From NCBI RefSeq assembly GCF_963853765.1, contig NC_088858.1, positions 41,602,001 through 41,666,000 of the forward strand: a stretch of 64,000 nt of DNA, given 5' to 3'. Numbering within the stretch: position 1 is the stretch's first letter; every line of letters begins with the position of its first letter. Below the pieces are notes generated by a model that made no database searches, was not told where the DNA came from, and saw only the letters and a list, made by a program, of their open reading frames with translations. This document shows, piece after piece, positions 10,980 through 22,500 of the stretch. The DNA is from Magallana gigas (lineage: Eukaryota). The position numbers and the translations under genes were made by a program.

Positions 10980-13900
10980 ATGGCAACCTCCGTAAGATCA
11001 CTTGGCTTAGGAATAAATCGTGTCCTTCTTCGGTCGTTGTGTAACCCTGTCGTAAACAGCTGTCGCACATTCAGGGTGAGTGTGATTTCCACAAGATGCA
11101 ATATAATTTTGGTATAAACTAAAGACGTTTGATCTCCATATGGTACATCTTATGTGTTATCTAAGGTATGATTACCCTAAGGTATTAACTTGAACTGTAT
11201 TTAGACGAGATTTAATAGTGCTGTAGACATATATTTCATTTTATTCTCTCAAATAATAACACAAAAGTTCACTTAAAATGTACAAAGAGAAAAAGTCGTA
11301 AAAATATAAAAGGGCATGGAATAAAAATTGTGTATGAACGTGCAATACTGTACCTGGTATGAAGTCGTGAGCTCACTTAGAGATGTTATAGATGTGCATT
11401 TAAAGATCTCAAAGACAGTTTCTGAAAGTCTCATGTTGATATCATATCACATATTGGACATAACCAACCAAGTCAAAGGCATGTTGGACAATGAACAACA
11501 ATCATCCCCCTTTACCAATTTTATTTCTTTTCTTTTTTTTCTTTTTTTTTTGGGGGGGGGGGGGTTGTATTCCCAATGTACATTACATGTTCTAAACTTA
11601 ACCATATTAAATATAATCTGCAGTTGAATAACCTATGCCAGATCAGTAGAATGGAAGATCATGTAATGGCGCATATGTAATTAATTTTCAGATTGGAGAA
11701 AAAATCCCACCAGTAGAATTGTACCCAGAGGACACCCCAACTAAACCACTGAACGCACAGGAGCTGTTCAAAGGAAAGAAGGGTGTTCTGTTTGCAGTGG
11801 TGGGTGCCTTCACTCCCGGGTGTTCACAGGTAGGTGACTACAAATATATATATGATATAAGCTCTTGAGTCTTCTCTTACTCATATTGCTAATTCCCTCT
11901 GATGCATAACAAATTGCAATTGGTTTAGTGGAGTCAGGTGAATATGTAGCACGTGTTAGTTACCAATATACTTTACAACTATTGAATCTGATTGAAATCA
12001 AGAAACAGGTTCAGATATCTGATTAAAAGATATATTCAAGTGAAGAGTGTAAATTCTCAGTCTTCAATGCTGTTTACCCACTTCCTTAAGGCTGAACACT
12101 ACTCGTATAAGACATAGTCTGCCATATTTCTCTTTCATCACCGCTATCCCTACAACCCCTAATTAAGTCACAGACCTCTAAACAGTTCAAAGTATTTTAC
12201 AGAAGTCTATCGTCGCAATGAAATTATGAATTTTTTACGCACTTTTCCAAGCCAGGAGAAAACTAACATCAACTATATATAAGTTAATGCATTATTATAA
12301 TAATTTACAAACAGAAAATGCACATAAAACAAAAACATGAAATAATGCACACAATCTAAGACTACGAAAGGAATACTACACTTCAGTCACGAGTTTCAGT
12401 TGTGCAATTGGGTGAAACAAAATCGAAGGGTTTATATACCTGTAATACAGTACTTATTAAGAAAGGTGTTCAGCTTTAAGTTCTAGAGAAATTTTTCTTT
12501 GAACCATTGAATTTTGACATTATTTTCAGATATTGTTATCTGTGTATATTGTACATCTACAAAGTAAACTACATTTTATTATTTTTCAGGCCCACATTCC
12601 TGAATATCTAAATAACTATGAAAAATTTAAGGTATGTATTAAAATCTATAAAGTATCTTTAAGTAATAAGTTAAAAATTATTATATAATGATATAACAGG
12701 AAGTCCCTCTGAGTCTCTAGTTAGGTGCTCTACCGACAGCGATAGAGCCGGTCTAACAGTCGCTGTCACACTGGTACATGTATTACACGTGACTCAGCCA
12801 AAACTGTCCGATTGCTGGTGCCAGATAGCTTAGTTGGCAGAGAACCTGACTAAATTTCAGGGGGTCCAGGTTAAACCTAGGTCTGTTCCATCATGTTAAT
12901 TTCTATCCTGTTACACTATTTGATAAATCAATCCATTTTGTTTTCAGATTTATCAAAAAGATATGAAATGCTATCATTTATGATTTACAAATCAATATAT
13001 GGCAAGCACGTGTTTCTACCAGTAAGTGTTTTTTACAGGAAGAAGGCTATGACATGATATGCTGTTTGGCTGTCAATGATCCATTTGTTATGTCTGCTTG
13101 GGCTGATAAACTCAAGACAAAAGGGAAGGTAGGTTGACTTTTGTTGTTTACACCATATTACCCGGGTATTTGTCAAGAATATTTTCTGCATGTAGATTAT
13201 AATAATACATAACATTTGAAAGTCTCATACATGTAAAATGATTTTGAAGGAAAGAGACAGAACGTTTGTTACCTGTGCTGTATACATTTACAATTGCTTC
13301 CGATATTAATTTTACGATTATACTTGTTTAAATACCTATGCACTTTCTGTTCGAATACTGTTTAATAAATTTGATTATTTAAAATTTAATTACCCCTTCC
13401 CCCTCCATAAAAGTTTTTTTTTTAAAGTTTATGATTTGAAACGCAAACATAAGTACATATATTATACAATGTTTAATATTGTTAAAACATGGCATTATAA
13501 AGAGTATTTGTCCTGCTGGCATATTTATTTTTAAATTCGGTAATGAAATATACCAGCAGAGCAGTAAAGATTCATAACATCATATTCATTGTAAAACATT
13601 TTACATCGCTTATGCGTAAAAATGAAGGGAGATACCACCACCTTTTATATGTTTGTGTTTTAGCACAACAAGTGTGATTGATTCAGTAAAAAAGTTTTAT
13701 CTAGTTGTTGTTCTATACAGATAAAGATGCTGGCAGATCCTCAAGGAAAGTTCACCAAAGCAATGAAAATGGATCTGGACTGCACAAAGCTACTGGGAAA
13801 TGTTAGATCGAAAAGGTGGGGCAGTGTACTCATTCAGTGATAATTACGGAATCATTGAGTGTTATGATGTGATCAAATACGGTCAGGGGTGATCAAATCC

Positions 13901-14421
13901 AATGAAGCCCAAAGGGCATTATGATAGATTTGCTCACCCTCAACCTTATTTGGTCATCTGATAATATCAAATAATGATTCCTTATTACTTGTATTTATAT
14001 TATTTTCATCAATTGCAAGGCTAATTAAATATTAGAATATTCATTAATGAAATGTATTGTGTTATTTGTTACAAAATTGATTTGCAGTTTAATCACAGAT
14101 AAAGACACTGGAGCATGTAAATATTTAACTAAAGAGCATGCTTGTACATTAAACTGGATTTAAAATCATTTTCTATGAATCATGATAATAGATCTTATAG
14201 GGTGTTACATAATTACTGGAAGTTCCTCCAAATTTATATGTTTGGCTTTGAAATGTTAGTTTTGTTAAGACAGCTCAGATTGTTCTGTTTTTGATAGATA
14301 CGCTCTGGTGATTGAGGACAGTGTCATCAAGAGTGTCAACACGGAGCCCGACCACACGGGCCTGGCCTGCTTACTGTGCATCAGGAACTTTAGGTCTGCC
14401 CAATCAGCAGGCGCCACGTGA
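10980..14421 (+). CDS. PRDX5: Peroxiredoxin-5-like protein, divergent paralogue with N-terminal mitochondrial-type leader (194 aa)
   Basis: Exons 10980-11075, 11692-11829, 12590-12631, 13039-13128, 13721-13815, 14298-14421 (585 nt). Motifs: [66 protein letters not shown]. Exon 1 is Arg/Ser/Leu-rich with no acidic residues (MTS-like). Confidence 0.92.
12090..12475. mobile_element. TTAA-TSD MITE (Kolobok-like termini) in a PRDX5 intron
   Basis: TTAA|GGCTGAACAC (TTAA at 12086-12089) ... GTGTTCAGCT|TTAA (12476-12479). Confidence 0.8.
12692..12915. mobile_element. Small element made of two inverted tRNA-like halves, with T(G/A)TAACAGGA termini
   Basis: TATAACAGGA (12692-12701) and TCCTGTTACA (12906-12915) are inverted termini. 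The tRNA-like segment GCCAGATAGCTTAGTTGGCAGAGAACCTGACT...GGTTAAACC (~12820-12880) has a partial inverted copy at ~12705-12740. Confidence 0.65.
13841..13987. mobile_element. Palindromic fold-back element in a PRDX5 intron
   Basis: TAATTACGGAATCATT...GGGTGATCAAATC is inversely repeated as GATTTGCTCACCC...AATGATTCCTTATTA around a central GCCCAAAGGGC hairpin. Confidence 0.7.
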
Positions 14422-15994
14422 TCTGTGCTGGGTGGTGCTGAGTGGTTCTGGTGTAAATGTGGGAGATTGAAAGAAGTGTGCGATTGTATGGTATTAAAGA
14501 GGATATTGATCTTGGGGAGAGCCTCGTACAACCTTGTGGAATTTACACAGCAGACACCTGTGACTTTCTGTTGGTTTTATTTATATTGTTGTATATTATT
14601 TCTACCAGTACAGGTCTCATTGTAAGGTGTTTTGTATATTTGGTAAAATAATCTAATTTGAATTATTTTTGTTGGTTTTATTTTTAAATGGATATGGTTT
14701 ATACAATGAATGACTGTCTTCAAAATTATGAAAACAGTTTTACTCATTCTCATGATATGCCTGCAGGTACAAGTGCAATGTGTATTATGTAATTTACCAG
14801 AGTCATTAATAAACTGGTGCTGTCAATTCAAAAAAAATTCTTCTGTATATTGAATATATTTTTAGAAATGTTCTTGAAAAATTGGAATGCTAAAAAAAGT
14901 GAGCTATTTAAAGTTTACAATTACTAGTAATACCATTTTCCTGACAACATTTCAACCATGTTAGGGTCAAAGAAATTTTAAAACACTTAGTTTTTAATCA
15001 TGATTAAGTGCTAGGATTTACATTGACTCCAGCATGATTGAGGGTAATTCAAGGACAACATACAATTTCTCCCCTACATTTTGTGTTAAGGTTTTAGAAG
15101 TATATATATGGAAAGCCAATCATAATTAAAATTTAAATCAATGTTTTGTACATCTTAAGGTTGCATAAACCTCCACACTAATTCTGTATATGTTTGTCGA
15201 CTTATTATTTAATATACATGTAAAAAGGCTTCAATTTTGTTCATATGGAATAGAGAGAAGTCCTTTGACGTAATTATTTGATAAATGTTGTTTTTTTTGC
15301 ATATGCATGCAAGATATTTTTTGAATTTGTAAATGAAAAATGTCACTAAAATTAAAAAAATTAAAAGTCAACAAATCAAGTCTGTCTGTTAGTCCAATCT
15401 TTCCGGCAATATCTCTGCTCTGGACAATCACTTGAAGTAAATATATCTACATCACACGAAAATCACTCATGACTTTATTTCCCTCTCATGTGTTTATGAT
15501 AGACGAAAAGGTAAAATTCTATCCAAAGATGTCTATAGATAAGCAACTAATGAAACTAGACAACATTGAGATCAGGTGATGATTTCAAAGGGCCCCACCT
15601 GAATAATGGACAATAGGATAAAACGAATTTCAGAGAATTTTGTGTTGACATTGACCTTAAAATTTTCCAGCTGGCATAGAACTTCTAATTCATATCTCAT
15701 TACCCTTTACATACAGGCATTTTTGTTCAATCTGACCAAGATTAATTAAGCTAGTGGGAAATAATCTACGGCCTACAACTGATTGTAAAGAGATCTGCTA
15801 TGACTTAATTTTTTCACATATTGACTTGTTTGTAGGTCACTGCTTGCCATTAACCAAAAAGCTCTGTTTAGGTAATTAAAGTATTAGCCAAATAGGGCTA
15901 AGTGGAGAGTATATAAATGCTCTTCAAAAAAGGATGTTTGTATGATCTGATATGACCTTGGCACTTGACCTACAAACATATCACGGTTCCAATT

Positions 15995-16445
15995 TCTATG
16001 ATATTGAATCATATCATATGATATTTTATCATATGATATTGTATTACATGATAAGATAATATAATGATACAATATTGTATCATATAATATTGTATTATAT
16101 GGTGTATATTTGTATATAGATGATATTGTATTATATGATATGGTATTTTATCATATGATATTGTATCATATGATTTTGTATCATGATATGATGCGCCATT
16201 GTATTATATTTTATTGTATCATTATTTATTAATATGAAATGCAACATTTATTTTAATGATACAATATCATATTATACAATTTTGTATCATATTTTAAAAT
16301 TATGTATCAAAACAATATTGTAATATCATATTATACATTATCATTTCATACCATACACCCGACATGATACAATATTATATCATATAATACAAAATCATAT
16401 GATACAAAAATCATATCAAATTCTACCATATCATATGTTAATAAT
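15995..16445. repeat. Degenerate AT-rich simple repeat (ATATTGTAT / TATCAT / GATAC units)
   Basis: Dense short repeats, very low GC; ends about 70 bp upstream of the KLHDC ATG. Confidence 0.85.
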
Positions 16446-16516
16446 ATTGACTTCTAAAAATTTGCATTTATTTACTATCGGGCTCGACATTCTGAAAAAA
16501 ATTACAAACACAAACA

Positions 16517-19500
16517 ATGGCCATCGCAAGCGAAAGTGATGGTAAAAAACACTTGATGTCCTTTCCTCCAGAACGTATTGGGCATGTAGCAGTTTGTAAT
16601 GATAAATACATGATCGTGTGGGGAGGTTACAATGTGAGTATAACTTATATCGACACAGTCAGTCAGTCACACGTCGAGTTTGAACGTTGTTGTCTTGAGG
16701 CTTGGGGTAAAATGCTGACGATGGACCCTCCACTTTGGAGGGTCCATAGTGGAGGGGGTGGAGCTTGGTGTGTCAGTCTTAATTCAGAGTCCGTTTGATC
16801 TATCATTCCAATTTAGTTATTAAAAACAGAATGGGGCACATTGTTTTATTTATATGACTTTTAAACACTTAAATACACTCATTTAGGTGCTGGGTTTTTT
16901 AAAAGTACATATTGTTCATTAGTTCTACACAAGAACATTGTCGCCGAAAACAATCCGCATTGTAAATACATATTTTGCAACTAAGCTGACACTCTTGGTG
17001 ACTTGGAATTTGGACTCAGATATTTCCGATAATCACTGGTTGAGAACAAGATCATTGGGTGGTTTTCTTAATTTTTCTGTAAATAATTGTCCACATCCAT
17101 TTTTTTTACATGTACTAAATTAATATATTTACATTTGTTACTCGGGGAAAAAAGATGAATCTCTCTCAACGTTGAGGTGAGTTAACTTCCTGTTCACAGT
17201 CTCACTGGACTCAGAATAATTGTTACACAAACATAGAGTAATTTATGTATTCTGATAAAGTTCATTTGAAGTTGCTAAATTCATTAAATGTTAGGAACTC
17301 CCTCTCCTTTTTTTAGCTCACCGAGACGAAGTCAGGGGGAGCTTATGCTATACCCTCGGCGTCTTATGATACTGATGCACCAGACAGGCTTGGGTGCTGA
17401 ATCTGAGCTATAGGTTACAGATGCTGAAGGAGGTTAAGGTTTTTAGAGCTGGTTAAAGTTTTTGTTGCAGGTGCCCTCTGATGATTATATCTTAGTTACT
17501 ACTTGTCCTAACTTCACCAGACTTCCATGGATGGTGCGTCTTACGATACTGATGCACCAGACAGGCTTGGGTGCTGAATCTGAGCCATAGGTTTCGAATG
17601 CTGGGGGAGAATAAGGTTTTTAGAGCTGGTTTAAGTTTTTGAAGCAGGTGCCCTCTAATGATCATATCTTAGTTATTACTTGTCCTAACTACACCAGACT
17701 TCCATGGATGGTGCGTTTTATTATACTGATGCACCTGACGGGCTTGAATGCTGAGTCTGAGCCATAGGTTTCAGATGCTGGATATGGTTAAGTGTTTTTG
17801 AACAGGTCACATGTTTAATAGATAATAGTACGGTACTATTTCAAACTTGCATAGTTGATTAAACTGTTATATGAATGAATCACAGAGGAAGCTTCAGATG
17901 CAGAGCTTGATCTCCATTATCAAGGATGCAAAAAAATATATCTTAGTTAATACAGGTCCTAACTTCACCAAACTTGAATGGATGGTGTGTCTTATGATAC
18001 AGATGCACCTGACAGGCATGGATGTTGAATCTTAGCCATATTAGGTTGCGGATGCTGGAGCAGGTTAAGGTTTTAATTGCTATTGCCCTCTGATGATAAT
18101 ATCTTAGTTATTACTGGTCTGAACGTCACCAAACTTGCATGGAGATGCGTCTTATGTAAACTGATGCACCTGACAGGTTTGAATGCTGAATCTGAGCCAT
18201 AGATTTCCGATGCTGGATGAGGTTTAGTTTTTTTGGCACAGGTCACATGTTTTGTAGATGATAGCTTGCATAGTTGATTTAACTATATTATTAATGAAAC
18301 ACAGAGGTTGCTTCAGATGCAGAGCCTGATCTCCATTATCAAGGATGCTAAAGAAATCTCCCACCTCACTCAAACCTGCTCGTTAGATAGATGTGTTTGT
18401 TGATAAATGATATAACATGATTCCTATGATATAGTATTGTATGGTATGAAACAATATTGTTTAATATGATACAATATAATATCATATGTAATATTATAAA
18501 AAGTGATATGATACGATATGATATTGAATCAATTTTTTAAATATTTTTTGTTATGATATTGTAACATGATATTGTTATGTATAGTATTGTATATTATGAT
18601 ACAATATTGTATAATATTATATTGTATTATTAATTTATTATTTTATCACATGATACTATTACATAAGATATTGCTAAATATAATATTGTATCCTATGATA
18701 CAATATTGTATATTCTATAATATTGTATCATACGATATTGTATAATATGATATTAGTTTCTGTAATATAGAATTATATCACATGAAATTGTATAAATTGA
18801 TACTGTAATATTATATAATATCGTATCATACGATATTGTATAATATGATTTTGGTTTATAATATGATATATTATCACATCACATGAAATTGTATTGTATG
18901 ATATTGTAAAATATATTATTGTATCATATGATACAATATGTATAATATAATGTTGTATTATATATTTTACTTTATCACATAATATTGTACCATTTGATAT
19001 GATACAATGATTTATCAAATTATATTGTATCATATGAAACAATATCATATTATGTTTCAAAAATGATAAGTATCATACAATATCATACTATATTATACAA
19101 TATAATATCATATGTTTCAATGTTATGATGTATTATGTTATATGATATTGTAATATAATACTATATTGTTTTATATATTATGATATTGTATTATGTGATC
19201 AAATACAATAATGTATAACACAATACAATGTCATACCATACGTTACAATATCATATCTCATCATTGTTTATCATGGTATTTTATTGTATTATATGATATA
19301 TGTTGTAAATGTGATAGGATGCAATATTTAATTTTATATTATTGTATTGATTGACATATGAACATATGATTATCATACAATTTTTGAACAGATGATATAC
19401 GATATATTGTGTCAAAACAGAATCCATGAATATCCAAGATCATAAAGTATGATTTTCATTTAATATGATAAAGGTGGTCTCATAAAGGTGAAGTCTCATA

Positions 19501-22500
19501 AGGGTGATGTCTCGTCTCGGTGAGCTTTGTAATCTGTGATTACCTATGTTTTAATTTCTAATAAACAACCCATATGTTTTAGCTATTAGGTGCATGATGA
19601 AATTGGAATGACAGATCAAACAGACCCTGAATTAAGAATGACACACCAAGCTCCACCCCCTCCACTATGGACCCTCCAAAGTGGAGGGTCCATCGTCAGC
19701 ATTTTACCCCAAGCCGTTGTCTTGATAATATATAAAATGTGCTTTGTCCTCTGACAATTATTCTTTGATTATCTGGTCAGAAATATGTGAAAACTGAAAT
19801 GTCAAGAATTTATTTTACAGGATGACTTTAATCCACCTTACACTGAAAAGTATCTTCCAGCAAATGAGATTTGGATTTACGACACAGAATTTAAAGTTTG
19901 GTTGGTATACTAGGTTTCCTGTTGATTTGTTGGACTTTCAAACAGAAATGTTGCCCATTGTCTCTGGATCCAACAAAACAAATGTTGCCTTCATACCTAG
20001 TCAATAACAGTATAAAACCAATGATCAATATTCTACAGTACCAAAGTGTTATATGGCATTGTGTCTAAAAACTTTGTTTACAGGTATTTTGAAAGACATA
20101 ATGTTCATCCTGTAGCAACCTCTGGTTCCACGGTGTGTGTTGGGGATGGCTACATGTACTTGTTTGGTGGCCATGCACGGCTTGGTAATGTCAATAACCT
20201 ATACCGACTGGATCTGAACAACTTAGAATGGGAGAAAATTGTACCTCAGAGTGAGAATGCAAATGAGCTGCCAAGTCCGAGAGACAAAGCAGTATCATGG
20301 TATCATCATAGAAAGTTAGTATGGAATCTTACCCATGTACGAATTTGTCATTTCTAAATCAAACAAGAACAGTAAATGTTGTTATAAATTGATCACACAA
20401 TCTTTTTATTTAAAAAATTACTGATGTCATTTTCTGATTTTGATTTCATACCATAAACCTGAATTAAAATATTCAATAAATGAGTTTAGTGCATTTTATT
20501 CCATTTCATGAATTTAAAAAAAAATTAATTATGTTTCAGATTTTATACATTTGGAGGTTTTGGAGTGCATTTGAAAGGATACATTGGTGATACCAAGTCA
20601 TTTTTTCAAGATGAAATTCCAGAGAATGTGTGTATACTAATTACTTATTATCTAACTAATATTTAAATATAACAATGTTCCTGTACACATGTATTCTAAA
20701 TAAATGAAAAAAAAAATGATTGATTGTACACAATATCTGTTAAAAGGTGTAAATTTTTCTTAGAACCCCCTTTTACCTTTTTTTGGAAAATGACAGAACT
20801 AATTTGGTATAAATATTTGTAAACTGTAATACTTTAATACGTAATCATACATATATGTTTAATATAAAGTTATGATATGTGACCTGGAAAAGACTGTAGA
20901 GAACATCATGCTTAAATTTTTACAGAGAGGATGGAACAACCAGCTGTGTGTTTTTGACTTAACCACAATGCAGTGGAGTGTACCGGATACCATGGTAAGA
21001 ATTTGGAAGTACATGTGTACATATATTAATGCATTTATCCATGCAAAAATTTCTTTGTGTTTTACATTTGCATGCATTGCTTAAAAATTCACACACAGAA
21101 CAAGAATACTGGTACATGAAAATTTCTGCCCCATTTTATGTTTGCTGTGTTTACCCTGAGATGCTGCAGCTATATTTAAAATCAGACAAATTGAAACTCC
21201 AACTTATTTCTCTAACCACAACTGAGTTATGGCAAAATCTTTTACAACTGTCACATGCCAAAATCAATGGGGCAAAAATAACCATGTAGTGATTTACTGG
21301 CACATGTAAACACACATTTGTGGCATTAAAACTTGTTTGTCATATTAAAACAGCAAAAAACCACTTTAATTTGTAGAATTCAAAACAGTGACCATAGATC
21401 ATATTAAAAGGGGGATAGATACCATAATAAATAAAAAGGGGATATGGTCTTTTTTGCAACCTCAAAATTACTTAAAATATATCAGCTGTATTGAATGTAG
21501 GGTCCAACTCCATCTGCCCGGGCTGCACATACAGCAGTAAGGTTTGGCAGTAAGGTGTACATCTTTGGAGGAAGGCATTCAAATATCCGGTTAAATGACG
21601 TCCATTGTCTGGATCTGAATTCTCTGGCCTGGAGTGGCAGGTATTGTTATTCTTGCATGGATTTATGAATTTATCAGTGAAGTTTTCAATAATTCTTTGA
21701 AGGTTTGATTTAGCTTAATATTTTTCTTGGCGTTCACAAAACAATAAACAAAAATAATAACACACTTTACATTATAGCTCAAACAAAAAAAGTGATTGGA
21801 CAGCATACATCTTATCTACCTTGGATTTGCATAGTATGCAAATTCAATGTACATATAGTGTATAAGCCACTTCCACTATGTATGTACATGTATATACATA
21901 TAGGATTTCTTTGTATGACTCACTGATAGGGATGGGACGATCCACCGATGCACCGATGCACCGGTGCATCGCGGTATTTATTTTGACGATATTTGGATCG
22001 ATACATTTACCATTAATACAACGATACCTTACCGAACTTTGTTTATTTTTCAAAAATATCCGAGCTTCATATATCGGCTATTTTTAGTCCGCACGCCTAA
22101 TATGAAAGTACAAAGATGGCGGAAAACCTCGTAAAGTTGTCAAAACTGTTAGGAAGCTAAATATGGAGTGTGGAAAACTTTTGGAGTACTTGTTTATGAA
22201 AAACTAGTGTACGCGAGACTAAAGTAATTTGTAAATTGTGCAACGCTCATTATGAATATAACAAAATAACTTTGGACATGCGGTAATACATCGGCAGGTT
22301 GAATAAATTTTAAACTTTTATTCATGTTTTCATTTAATTGTAATGTATCGTGATATGTATCGTATCGCATCTCATGTATCGTGATATGTACCGAATCGGC
22401 TCAGTACAGTATCGTCCCAGCCCTACTCACTGACCTCATTTTGAGTCTACTGCATTGTTTACAGTATATGTACTCACGGACCCCAGCCTGAGGGTAGATC

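Larger units (their letters stand above)
17308..19553. mobile_element. Helentron/HINE-like element nested in the MULE-like element
   Basis: T-run followed by sub-TIR AGCTCACCGAGACGA (17315-17329), inverse TCGTCTCGGTGAGCT (19512-19526), then a short 3' stem-loop AATCTGTGATT and a T-run. It contains a tandem array. Confidence 0.75.
16699..19715. mobile_element. 3-kb MULE-like DNA element with ~115-bp TIRs and perfect 10-bp TSD, in KLHDC intron 1
   Basis: GGCTTGGGGTAAAATGCTGACGATGGACCCTCC... (16699-16815) is the reverse complement of ~19601-19715. GTTGTCTTGA is duplicated at 16689-16698 and 19716-19725. Confidence 0.9.

Noticed and set aside
12820-12880. Possible tRNA gene
   Set aside because: The B box is degenerate (GGTTAAACC), there is no full cloverleaf or terminator, and it is embedded in an inverted-repeat element.
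17368-18350. Regular repeats suggestive of a CRISPR array
   Set aside because: Units of 160-270 bp are repeated along their whole length with no unique spacers, the context is eukaryotic, and there are no cas genes.
18773-19060. 95-aa Ile/Tyr-rich ORF
   Set aside because: Translation of low-complexity AT-rich repeat.
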